Below the pieces are notes generated by a model, which saw only the letters and a program-made list of their open reading frames with translations, was not told the origin of the DNA and ran no database searches. This document shows, piece after piece, positions 22,966 to 34,800 of a DNA stretch of 64,000 bases (positions are counted from its first letter, which is position 1; every line of letters begins with the position of its first letter). The stretch comes from Minutocellus sp. GHC0000111 (taxonomy: Eukaryota). The DNA lies in the NCBI GenBank assembly GCA_977018835.1, contig OZ361259.1:2046001-2110000 (forward strand), read 5' to 3'. Position numbers and translations under genes: made by a program.

Positions 22966-23987
22966 TGACGATTCGCAGGATTAGGATTTCCTAGCCTTGC
23001 AGTCTACATGTAGAGGTCTGCTGGTGCCTACCGGTACATGTAAATCTAAATTAAATGCTCTACGAGCCTCGTACATCCTTATCCTTAATGGGTACTTGTA
23101 ATTGCACGGTTGATGGCGGCCGCCGGCTAATGCTCACACGACTCCGTCCGGAACCGGTCCACTAGAGTGCCTGCTTTTCTACATGTACGAGCCTCGTACA
23201 TGTTCATTTACGAGTGAGTGAGTAGATCTCTCGCTTTTGCTAGTCGACCTCCTTTCTGCAATAGTTGTGAATTCCATCATGGCCCAACGTACACCGAATG
23301 TTCCCTCACCACTACCAACGAAGACGCCGTAATCACAGAGCCGTTTACTGCCGATGACATAGAAGTAGCCGTCAACGAATTGTCTCCCCGTTCGACTCAG
23401 AGTATCAGCCGCGCTACCATGTCTCCGATGATCAATGCTCTCACTAATGCTACAGTAGCTGCAGTAATAGCATCCGTCGAAGAAGACACAGAAGTGCCCG
23501 TACCAAGAAGAACTACCAGGAGCCAATCAGCCAGACGTAATCTGGCAGCTACCTTCGAAGGCTTCGTACCGGCAAACAATCCCAATGCTTGGAGAGACCG
23601 TGACCTCGAGTAGATCTACACATGCACTGACCCTCACCTCACCCTCACTCAATCTTATCCTACGATGTTTACAATTATGATTTTTGTTTATGTTATCGAT
23701 ATTTGTTCTTACTGATGCAAATGAAGCTACCTATCCAATTGGATTTGGTTCTAACTTTTCATTATGATAGATAGATTTAAGCTATATTTAGCGGGACGAA
23801 CCACCACCACCACCACGCTACCGGCGGCGGTCAAATAAATGGACTTGTTCGACTGAGAACATCACAAAGCCTTCCACGTCAGCCACACGATCTTCGCTTG
23901 ACGCCGGCCCGTTGATCGATCGATCTGCTTCCCGGCGAATCCATCCTCCGCCAGTTCACTTTTATCGCCCAATAAGTAGAAGTAACT

Positions 23988-25265
23988 ATGGCCGCCGCCG
24001 CTGCTAAGTCTGGTTCCTCCCCCCTGACGCTGGTAAGTAACCTCCTCCGATCCGATGCTATTGAGTGGTCAGGTGTCGGCATCGAGCCGACCAAAATAGT
24101 TGTCGACATGCCCTTCTGGCGAGGCCGCATTTGCATTGACTGGCTGCCTTGACATCATTGGCCAAATTTCCTTGCAGATACGGGCGTGGTGGGAAGGATG
24201 GAACCCTCTCGGATGATCATCAAACGACAAGAAATATATTTATGAATATGATATCTTGAAGTGCTGCGTTGAACTGACTCTTTACCCCGTCATTTCGATA
24301 TCATGCATTGTCCCAAATACAAAAAACAGGTGCTTCTTGTCGTTGCCTGGTATGCCGGCAACACCATGTACAACGTGTACAACAAGAAGGCTGCCAACAT
24401 GATCCATGCCCATTGGTTCGTTGCTGCCGCTCAGCTCGTTGTCGGTATGGCTTGGTCGATCACCATGTGGATCACCGGCCTTCGCAAGAAGCCCAATCTT
24501 ACCGCCGCCGACATCACGGCTTGCATCCCCATCGGCCTCATGGCCTGCATTGCTCACGCTGGATCGGTCCTTGCCATGGGTATGGGTGCCGTTAGCTTTG
24601 CTCAGATCGTCAAGGCCTGCGAGCCCGTCTTTGCTGCCGTCGTTGGTCTCGTCGTGCCTCCCATGGACGTCAAGCCCATGCTCGCTTATGCCATGCTCGT
24701 CCCCATTATTGGCGGTGTCGGCCTTGCCTGCATCAAGGAGGGTAAGGGCGTTGACATCAACTACGGTGCCTTCGGATATGCCTCGCTCGCCAATCTTGCC
24801 GCTGCTCTCAAGGGCAAGCTCGGAGGATCTGTCACCAAGGCCCTCAAGGGTGATAAGAGCAAGAACATGGATTCGGCTAATGTCTATGCCGTGATGAACT
24901 TCATCTCCTTCTTCTTCACCGTCCCCATGGTTGTCATTGCCGAGGGATCGACTCTCAAGGAGGAGTGGGACCACGCTTGCGAGGAGCACGGAGCCCAGGC
25001 TGTCATTACCAACATTGCCCTCTCCGGATTCTTCTTCTACATTTACAACGAGTTTGCCTTCGCCTTCACTGCCCAGGTCGGTGCCGTCACCTCGTCGGTC
25101 CTCAACACCGCCAAGCGCGTCATCATCATCGTTGTTTCCTCCGTCATCTTCATGGAGCCCATGACCAAGAACACCGTTATCGGATCTGCCGTTGCCATCT
25201 CGGGAACTTTCGGCTACTCTCTCGCGTCCAAGGGCAAGCCTGCTGCCAAGAAGAAGACTTCGTAA
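23988..25265 (+). CDS. Triose-phosphate/phosphate translocator without a plastid-targeting leader; intron 24033..24329
   Basis: WYAGNTMYNVYNKK..GAVSFAQIVKACEPVF..FFYIYNE..VTSSVLNTAKRVIIIV. 15-codon first exon MAAAAAKSGSSPLTL. Strong codon bias. Confidence 0.92.
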
Positions 25266-25614
25266 AAAGAATGGATTATGCTGACTTGCGAGCGGTGCCT
25301 CTCTGACGGACAATTTCGTGGTTGTAAAGTCGTAGGCATTCCCGATGCGTGGATTTGGTGGCAAATATTTCTTCATATCAGCATTTCACTGGCCGATTTT
25401 TTTGGGATTAGGCGCGTTGAGATTTGATTCGGAGATTATGATGCAAGCTGCAAGTTTCACCTCAGTCCTGTTGCCGACAAGTCAAGTCTCTTCTTTTATG
25501 TGTATTTTTGGGCAAAACCTGTACGTTTCATGCGCAGTAGTAACTAGCAAATAGGAATTCGATTTATTCGATTCTTGAGGCCAACGCAATGTGTACCATG
25601 GTATCTACGAAATT

Positions 25615-26502
25615 CTATGCCGCATCTGATTTGGATAGAAGATTTTCCAGATCTTTTGCCTCGACTTTATTTCCATTGCCACCTACAAGTGATCCAGCGT
25701 TGATCGCCTCTGCAAGCTTCTGGAGCTTTGCTGACAACTTTGCCTGGCAATCCTTGCATCCACCAGTACATCCATCTGCTCGCTTCTGCTTCTTTTCAGG
25801 TGGTGGCCCAGCTGCTGCAGCCGCGGATGACGCAGAAGCAGAGCCATGAGCAGCTTCGGTTGATGTTGGGCAGGGCATTGGGACGATATCTCCATTCTTG
25901 ATGTAGGAGCCCACATCACTCAAGGCCTTGACATCATCCTCTGTAGCAGACGAATCAGGAATTTTCATTCGAAATACCGCCTCTTGGCCAATCGCTTCCG
26001 CCACTGTCACTTCCATGGTGTGCATGCCTCGCTTCACGAGATAATCTGAATTGAGAGCGCCAAGAATTTTGCCCCATAGATATATTGCAAGTTCTTCGGT
26101 CGTCGCATGAACAATGGGCAACATGGCGCAGTCCTTCTTGGGAAAGACAAACACTGAACCATCTTCACACGTGAGGGTGATCGTCCCGCCATTGAGACAG
26201 CTCTCGTCGTCCTTGACGACGATATCCAATACATCTGACCGCATTGGGCAGAGGAAGTGTTCATTGAGGTCCTTGCAGATCTTCTTGGTAACGGCCTTGA
26301 CGCAGCCAAAGTCAAGGACGTAGCCATCTGGACCAATCTTTCGAGAACCCAAAAGTCGAACCGCCACCTTGTAGTTGTGGCCGTGAAGTCTCTCTCGAAA
26401 GCCCTTGTAGGCTACAAAGTGCGCTGCATTGAATTTGAAGGTATCCTTTGATACATACACCTCGAATGCCGTCATTGGTGCCTCGCCGGCGGCGGTAGAC
26501 AT
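25615..26502 (-). CDS. 6-pyruvoyl-tetrahydropterin synthase family protein, Glu-type (PTPS-III)
   Basis: FKFNAAHFVAYKGFRERLHGHNYKV..GYVLDFG..LNEHFL..TTEELA; ExxHGH instead of CxxxHGH. Confidence 0.88.
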   Translation of the reverse strand: MSTAAGEAPMTAFEVYVSKDTFKFNAAHFVAYKGFRERLHGHNYKVAVRLLGSRKIGPDGYVLDFGCVKAVTKKICKDLNEHFLCPMRSDVLDIVVKDDESCLNGGTITLTCEDGSVFVFPKKDCAMLPIVHATTEELAIYLWGKILGALNSDYLVKRGMHTMEVTVAEAIGQEAVFRMKIPDSSATEDDVKALSDVGSYIKNGDIVPMPCPTSTEAAHGSASASSAAAAAGPPPEKKQKRADGCTGGCKDCQAKLSAKLQKLAEAINAGSLVGGNGNKVEAKDLENLLSKSDAA

Positions 26503-26825
26503 TGTGGTGGACGTCGTTGTTTTGACTTGGCGGCGAAAGGTAGCGCCTTCAGTCGCCAGCGTTATGGCGGCGCCACGGCAGTCAAAAATGCAAAAATGAG
26601 CCAGCATTCCAGCATTTGCGCGGTGACGGACAGACATGCGTGATCGGTCGGTCTGTCCGTCAACAAGAGCAAAAAGCGCGGGCGAGAGCAGAACAAAAAC
26701 GAACACATCTCATCAAGGCTGATTGCATGTTGCATGCACGAGCCTCGTCGTCTCTCGTGCTTCCGGCCTTTCAATCGTATCATCGTCATAAATCATTCAA
26801 AAGAGCAAATCATACCAAAGCATAC

Positions 26826-29332
26826 ATGATTTCCAACAAAGAGCTGATGGAGCAATATGCGCCGCGCGCGCTGGTGGAGGACGCCGAGGCGTCGGACTAT
26901 CTTCTTTCTCTACTTTCATCCGACGAGACCACTGAGAAGACAGAAGGTGACCTGACCGAGCTCATCGATCAATTCTTTGCCGAATACGGTGGAAACGATT
27001 GTAACAACAGCGCTCGAAACTTTGCGCGTGCGTTGCTGGCACAGCGCAGTGCTCCTCAATCAGCGACGAAAAGTTCGGCGCCATCTCATTCACAATCCCT
27101 CGCAGCACCACCAATCCGAACGCAGTCACCGGCAATAAAATTCGAAAAAAAGTCGCCAACATTCGTTGATCGATCGGCAGAAGCCAATGCCAAAAAGGAG
27201 GCCAAGGCAAAGAAGAAGGCCGAACGTCAACAGCGTAGAATGAAAAGGAACAAGAACAAGATTCATGTGCAGCCAGAGGATGAATCGACGCACCAATCCC
27301 ACGAAAAGAAATCACTAAAGGAAATGGAAGACATGGACGATCATGGTAGCGCATGGGCTGATCTTCAGGCAGAGGGCAACGATCAATGGGGTGGTAGAGG
27401 TCATGGTGGAAGAGGAGTGCGATCCGGCGCCAACACTGCCTCCAACATACATCTGACAAGTGTCAATCTACAATTCGCTGGAAATGAATTGCTGCAGAAT
27501 GCCACAATTCAAATCAATGGAGGTCATCGATATGGTTTGCTCGGCCGTAATGGAGTAGGGAAGAGTACACTTTTGAGACGTCTAGCCAACCACTCTATTC
27601 CAGGCTTTCCAAGAGATGTTCGAGTGATGCTTGTTAAGCAGGAAGTGGAGGGTACCGCCAAGTCCGTCATCCAGACTTTGCTTGATGCTGATACCGAAAT
27701 GGCTGCTTTGGTTGAAGAACAGCGGCTTCTCGAAGAACAAATCGACGGCACTGTGGACCAAGACGATCAAGACGACAGCATTGCTCTATCGAGTGCTGTT
27801 GAAAGACTTGGTATCATCGCTAGTGATCTTGATGCAATGGGTGCGGATTCCGCAGAAGACAGGGCGAGAGAATTATTGAAAGGCCTGGAATTCACTGAGG
27901 CCTTTGTCGAGGGACCGACAAATCACTTGTCTGGCGGCTGGAGAATGCGTTTGGCTCTAGCACAAGCCTTGTTTGTGCCAAGTGATCTACTTTTTTGGAC
28001 GAATGCAGTAATCACCTGGACCTTCATGCCTTGATGTGGTTGAGTGATTACCTCTCGACATGCGGCCGAACAATTGTCATTGTTTCTCATGATCGGAACT
28101 TTCTCGATGAAGTCTGTACGGATATTATGCTCTTGGAACATAAGAAGCTTTCGTATCATGTGGGCAATTACACGGCCTTTCAGATCCAGCAAGAAGAGAA
28201 ACAGGCTCGACAGGCTCAGATACTGGATGCCTCTGAGCGCAAACGGAGCAAGGCATTGTCCTTCATCGAGCAGCAGCAGAAGGGTTCAGGCAAAAAGTAT
28301 CAAGATCCAAAGAAGCAGCGCCAGGCAAAGATGATCAAGGAAAAGAAGCTCGATCGCATCGGCAACTATCGCGAGGACGGTAAGCGGTATCAAACCCATT
28401 CACTAAAAAAAATGAGCGAGGAGTACCTGCTCACACCTGAAAAGGTGATCGTAGAGGCAGATGAGCCAGTGCCTCGCATGAAGCTCGTCGATCCAACTTG
28501 GTCGCCGGGAATGACTCCGGGCTCTCCTTTGATCCAGGCCAACGACATGAGTTTTGGCTATTCACGAGATTCTCCTTTCCTGCTAAACAATTTGACATTG
28601 GATGTAGCCCGAGGTTCTAAGATTGCTCTTTGCGGGCGCAACGGGCAGGGCAAAAGCACACTTTTGAATATTTTTACAGGAAAAATCAATCCAGAGGAAA
28701 AGACGTGGCGTTTCAGTGGGACACTTTGGACCCATTCGTGCCTTCGTGTTGGCCATCTAACACAACATTCGGTCGAGGAACTCGATGAGTATGCACCATT
28801 GACGGTTGTTGAATACGCCGAGCAAAACCTATTGTCCGGTAGCGCAGCGATGGAGGTTTCAAGTCGGTGGAGTAAAAATGTGCGACAATATCTCGGCGCC
28901 TTCGGGCTTGGAGGTGCTCATGCGAAACGTCTTGTCGGTACCCTTTCCGGTGGTGAACGTATGCGCCTTTGCTTTGCAAAAATCATGGCGTCGGCTCCGC
29001 ATATTCTGGTTCTCGATGAGCCGTCGAATCACATCGATCTCGAGACATGCGATGTACTTTCAGCTGCTCTCGATGCGTTCCAGGGATCTGTTCTTGTGAT
29101 CTCACATAATCAGTCCTTCCTTTCTGGTTTCTGCAAAGAACTTTGGGTCGTTGAAGACGGAAAGGTTGAGGTCCGGCACAGTGAGAGCTTTGAAGAGCTT
29201 TTCCTCGAATACAAGAGCGAAGCGATCGCTGGTGCCTCCTCTAGACGAAACATTAGAACGAAAAAGGCGAAACTGGCAAAGAAGGCGAGTCACCAGAGGG
29301 TCGGACGGACGGAGCGAAGTGCGCTTATTTAA
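26826..29332 (+). CDS. ABC-F family ATPase (GCN20/ABCF3-like); frameshift in T-run ~27991-27996
   Basis: Two NBDs: GRNGVGKST..LSGGWRMRLALAQALF..(LL)DECSNHLD..VSHDR and GRNGQGKST..LSGGERMRL..LDEPSNHID..ISHN. No TM domains. Confidence 0.9.
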
Positions 29333-29506
29333 TACTCTAAACTATGTAATCAAGGTTCAACAACATACAATTTCAATAAGTCCGCAGTGCAGTATGAGAA
29401 GACTTCTCTACTAGCTAGCTAGCTACTATAATATTTTGCCGCTACGAGCCACATGTAGTCGCTTGGGCCGTTATGCTACAGGTCCATAGTAGGTTACCGA
29501 CTCGAC

Positions 29507-31378
29507 TCAACGACAATCGTAAACCAGCGGTGTGTCGGTCTCAACATAGCGCTTGGCAAAGGTCAGTCCAGCCACGGTAGGACTGCTGAATGCAACCATA
29601 TCATGCGGGACGCTCATTCCGTATACCAGCTGAGAGCGTGCGGCATCGACCATCCGTGTGGCGACCTTTCCCTTCCGATGAGCCGAGTGGCACCAGAGCT
29701 GGTGCACTCCCATCATTGCCTTGCTGGGCTTGGTTGAGCGGTGAAGATTGGACATATCGTTGGCGCTGCTGCTATCGGAGTCCCCCGACGGCTGTCCATC
29801 AGCCGCGGGAGAAGCCTCCAAGAGCCTGTGGGCACTCTGAATGACCTCCACTGTGCAAAAGCCGACGACCGTCTTATTGGATACGTAAAGATACGCCGTC
29901 TTTCCAAACAGGGACGCTTCGTCGTCGTCGTTGTTGTCCTCTACATCTTGTGCAAAGTCAAAATCACCATCTGTTGTCGTGGAAGAAGATCTGTTGGCGG
30001 AAGTCGAAGAATCAGCAAAGCCAAGCTCTTGATCGACAATCGCCTTGACTCGACGGACCAACTTCCGATGCTGCACCGGGTCGGTGGGTCTGACCTCCAC
30101 AATGCGTCCCGAAGTGGTGGAGGCGCCGCCCTTACCTATGGTCTTGGCTTTGCTTTGTTGGTTCGCAATGCTCATGCCCAAACCCATACCCATGCCTATG
30201 CCCAACCCATTCCGACTCTTGTTGAGACCAAAGGTTGCCACCACCCGCTCATTCTTCCATCCTGCAAACGCAACGCCCTTTCGATATTCCAAACAGATGC
30301 GCTCGTGCTCGTCATCATCCTCGGCCATGCCATGGACGGTCATCATTCCACAGATGGCACAGATGGACCGAGCGGCAAAGTTGGACTGGCCCAGGTCGAG
30401 ATACAGCTGCGTCGTTGCCGAGGACGAGGATATGGTACTGCTCGAACGGCTGAGGGCGGTGACGACGTTGTTGCTCGTCATTGCATTGCCACGGCTACTG
30501 TCGGTAGTACGGGGTCTCTTCTTGCCGTTGGTACCATTGGAAGCTTTTGCGGTGGAAGAGGATGGTGTTACTTTCATCATGGACAAACCACCATCGGCAC
30601 CGGATCGGGGCGACGCAAAGAGCGGGGCAAGAGGAGGTCGCTTGCGTCCAAGCTGTTGAGCTGTGGTTGCTGCTGCTGCGTTATCCTTCTCATCTTCTGC
30701 ATCATCACCAGTACTTGCTGTTTTGCTTTTGTTTGCCGCTGGCGTATCCTCTCCCGATGATTTCTTGGCAGCAGCAGCCGCAGTACATGTAGCAGGCGAG
30801 ACGAATATCGGAGCCATCTTTCTCTCGCCACTTTTTGGTCGTTGTTGGGTTTGCGGTGCATTCGGTGCAGTATTCGGAGCGCTACTACCATTCGTCGAGG
30901 CAGTCTGCTGAGAATTACCGCTTGTACCACTGCCACCAGAGCTACTGGTTGTGTTTCGACCGCTATTATTTTTGCTCTGCCGATTGCTATTCCTACAGTT
31001 CGTCGGCAGTTGGTCATCATCTCCTCCTCCATCGGTCCCATGCATGTCTTTATCAGCTGTCACTGTGAGAGGAGGAGGAGAAGGCGGTGTCCTCGGACTC
31101 ATAGTCCGAGATGGCGGCGTAGGCGGCGTCCCCCTCTGCAGCAGCAAATGCAGCTGCTCGTTCCGCGGTGCCGGCGTCGGAGGCGTCGTTATTGGTCCGG
31201 CACGTGCCGATACCGTGTTGTTCGGCTCTGCACATTTTGTTTGGCGTTGTTGTGCCGGTCGGCTCGATGCGGCGGCAGGAGCAGGAGCCCTCTTGGCGAA
31301 GAAGTGGTGGAGAATCCGACTCTTGTTCGTCGTACCACCGCTGGCGCTGCTGCCGCTTGCGGCACCGGTATCCACCAT
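29507..31378 (-). CDS. ECO1: Eco1/ESCO cohesin acetyltransferase
   Basis: QLYLDLGQ (PIP-like), CAICGM..DDDEHERIC zinc finger, GWKNERVV, MGVHQLWC..RKGKVATRMVDAAR..VAFSSPT..G..FA. The start codon is uncertain (ORF open to 31450). Confidence 0.9.
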   Translation of the reverse strand: MVDTGAASGSSASGGTTNKSRILHHFFAKRAPAPAAASSRPAQQRQTKCAEPNNTVSARAGPITTPPTPAPRNEQLHLLLQRGTPPTPPSRTMSPRTPPSPPPLTVTADKDMHGTDGGGDDDQLPTNCRNSNRQSKNNSGRNTTSSSGGSGTSGNSQQTASTNGSSAPNTAPNAPQTQQRPKSGERKMAPIFVSPATCTAAAAAKKSSGEDTPAANKSKTASTGDDAEDEKDNAAAATTAQQLGRKRPPLAPLFASPRSGADGGLSMMKVTPSSSTAKASNGTNGKKRPRTTDSSRGNAMTSNNVVTALSRSSSTISSSSATTQLYLDLGQSNFAARSICAICGMMTVHGMAEDDDEHERICLEYRKGVAFAGWKNERVVATFGLNKSRNGLGIGMGMGLGMSIANQQSKAKTIGKGGASTTSGRIVEVRPTDPVQHRKLVRRVKAIVDQELGFADSSTSANRSSSTTTDGDFDFAQDVEDNNDDDEASLFGKTAYLYVSNKTVVGFCTVEVIQSAHRLLEASPAADGQPSGDSDSSSANDMSNLHRSTKPSKAMMGVHQLWCHSAHRKGKVATRMVDAARSQLVYGMSVPHDMVAFSSPTVAGLTFAKRYVETDTPLVYDCR

Positions 31379-31820
31379 GGTAAGGCCAACGCAACCGTCG
31401 TTTACGAGAGCAGAGCCGGAAATGAACTTGCGAGCAAGGCGAGCAGTCAAGCCCCGCCGGCCAAATTCTAAAAGAACCCGGAGGATTCTTGTGTCGTTTT
31501 ACTTTGGCACAGACGACGAAGAGAAGACGAAGACAAGGACAACCGTACCACTGCCGTCGTGTATCAAAGGCAAGCCCCTCTCGTTCGCCTACTCGCTTGC
31601 TCGCTCATCGCGCCGGCTATTGTTCGGCATTGATTCGCGAAAAAATCGGCTTGACTTTACTCGACTTACTTCGCGGCACCTCTTGGGCTCTTTTTTCTTT
31701 CAGATTCTGTGCAGCCGTCGTCACCATCTCAGCTGATCGTTGACAAAGAGGGATTGGTATCAGCCCCTGCCCTCATCTCCATCCATCCCCTTCCCTTGAA
31801 TTCGAGCTCATTTGGCCACT

Positions 31821-34800
31821 ATGGCATCGGCAGCCTCGTCGTCGGTTCAGGTGGCCGTCCGTCTCCGGCCGATCAACGACAAGGGTACGTAAAGCAGCGA
31901 GTTGCGAGGATTTGTTCTTTTTCGTCGAGTCCTACTTTTCGTGTTGTGCTTTTTTGTAGCCTTCATGTCGACCGAATCTCCCATTACTGTCCATTCTCAC
32001 GTACATCCCGCACACATTCCACTCCTTCTCCTCCGTCGTCTTCTGCCATACGCCAACACACCATGCAACAGAAAAGAAGCATGGGACGCTCCCCGTCGTT
32101 ACGGCCTCGACGGGAGACAAGACCGTGACCGTCATCAAGGGCAAGGGAGCCCGGCAGGTCCGGCAGCAGTTCTCCTTCGACAATGTCTTTACGTCCTTCT
32201 CCACGCAGGAGGAGGTGTTTGACGAGACTCTCAAGCCCGTTATTAGGTGAGCAAACAAAGGCGTACTAGTACGACGTATTGAAAAATTGATGTAGTTCGA
32301 TGCACGAGAAAAGAAATGTTGAGATTGATCGATCGATTGATTAATATGCTACTTCTAACTTTCTACTTGCTCTTCCCTCCATTTCCTAATTTGCCATCTT
32401 CCTTCCAGCGACGTCTTCAAGGGATATGAATCCACCGTCTTTGCCTACGGCCAAACAGGAACTGGAAAGACACACACCATGGAAGGAGACCTATCTGACC
32501 CGTCCAACTACGGTGTGATTCCTCGTGCATCGCAGGCCATCTTTGACAACCTCCGGTCTCCTCAGTACAGCAACTACGACGTCACCTGCTCGTATTTGGA
32601 GATATACAATGAAGATCTTGGCGATTTGTTATCTGATGGTAACAACAAGGTGACCATGATGGAGGGCAAGAACGGTGTGGTATGCCGAGGCCTTTCCGAG
32701 GAGAGTGTCTCCTCCGCGGCCGATGTTCTCTACCTGATGAATCGTGCCCAGCAGAAGCGACACATTGGCGAGACCAAGATGAACAAGCAATCGTCCCGAT
32801 CGCATTGCATCTTCACCATCAAGGTGACGGCCGCCGTCGAGGTTGCCGATGGAACCGTCACGCTCGAGGGTAAGCTTCACATGGTCGACCTTGCCGGATC
32901 AGAATGTGCCAAGAGCGCCGGTATAGAAAAGACGACCGGCAACGAGGCCGCCCGCGAGAGGGAGCGCATGTCCATCAACCGAAGTCTCCTCACCCTCGGT
33001 CGAGTCATTTCCATCCTCAAGGAGCAGAGCCAGAGCAAGAAGCCGGCCAAAAATGTTCGCATTCCGTATCGGTACGTTGGTCACTCAAAAAGAGTTGGAA
33101 ATTTTTTCTTTTCGTTCTGTCAATGTTCAGAAACAGTGACTCTCTTGATATTCTCCATGATCGCTTCTCTAACACACGATTTATCTGGTAATGCATTTCA
33201 TCGTGTTCTCTCTTTTTGCAGTGACTCTAAATTGACTCGGATCCTTCAAGAATCTCTCGGTGGACGGTGTAAGACGGTGATCATTGCTACGCTTTCTCCT
33301 TCCATCACTGCCATTGAGGAATCCATTTCCACCATGAACTATGCCCAGTCAGCAAACGGTATCATCAACAAGCCCGTATCAACCTCGTTTATGGCCGCTG
33401 GAGGCGCCAGCTTCTCCGGTGCTACCACACCAAGTAAGAAAGGTGGTATTACGACGGAGTCATGGCATGAGATGGAGTGCCGGCTGCAGTACATGCAAAC
33501 TCAGGTCGAGGAGGCTCAGGCGGCTCTTGGTCGCAAACACATGCAGCAGCAAGAGCTTCAGGAGAGGGCCGATCGCCTCTCGAATGAGGTCCGAGATAAG
33601 GAGGTGAAGATTGGGCTGATGGAGAAGGAGATGAATACGCTCAAGACCAAGGTTGCCAGCGAAGTTGAGAAACGACGATCTGCAGAGGCCAAGCTGAGAG
33701 AATCGCAGTTTGCTCTCAAGGAAACGACGGCGATCCTCGTTGCGACTCAACAGACAGAGTCGAACCTTACATCTGAGGCAACGGCACTGCTCCACACTCT
33801 CAAGGAGGCTGTTGCCGATGGAGACGTGCTGCACAGAATCATCGTTGAGTGCAAAGAACTGCAAACGAAGCGTCAGACCGCAACCAAGAACTTTCGCGAA
33901 GCCACAGTAGGAGTGCTGGAGGATTCAATTGAGTCGCTGGGAAATCTTGCTCGGGAGGTCGAATCTCATGCCGCGGCCTTGTTGAAGTCGGCGGCTGAAG
34001 GATACGAGCAGCAAAGTACATCTCTCGCATCGACGCAGGCAACCATCAGAGAGATTTCCGAGTCTGTAAAGTCTGTGACGAACACGGTCAGCAAGCAGCT
34101 AATGGATGATGGCGGTATTGTACCTCTGCTCGGCGAGATGAATTCTTCGATCGAAGCTGGAACAAATGCAGCGCTCTCTTCCATTTCAGAAGGCGATTCT
34201 GCTCTTTCGAAGACTTGTGCCGCTGCACGACAAAAGTTTGTCGAACATGGTCAGCGTCTCCAAGAGATGGAAAAGGCGTACGCTACTGCGTCAAGCAAGT
34301 CCATGTCTGCGTTAGAGAGCAACGTTTCTGCCAACAAGTCCAAGATTGAGGGGATGGTGGAATCCGCGTCCCGGGCACTTCAGGATGCCAAGAGTGTGAG
34401 GGCAGAACGGATGACGGCGCTGTCTAAAGTAATCTCAAGCTGGAAGGAGGCATCGATTGCATCGTCCAACGGTATCAACGACACAGCGACGGCCCAAAGT
34501 AATGCCCTGCAGGAGCTGCTATCGAGCATGGAGAAGGAAATGGCACGCCACGAAACTAACAGCACCATCCTTGCTGAGCAAAAGGCATTCATCGACACCA
34601 CTGAGGTCGCTCAGATGGATAGTCTCGCATCTCAATCCTCTCTTCTCAATTCTCAGCAAGAAATGATTGCCAAAGCCAGGAAGGAGCAGAAGGAGATGCG
34701 GGCAGATATTATGGGGACCATCATGGGAGGTGTTCAGGAGCTTGTCAACCAACAAATGGTTCGCCTTGCCAATGCCAATGAGGAGCACCTCAGTGGTATG

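Noticed and set aside
24282..25376. 364-aa antisense ORF over the TPT (similarly 11311-12417, 20264-21340, 29741-30760, 36727-37611)
   Set aside because: Mirror frames of codon-biased real genes; no motifs of their own.
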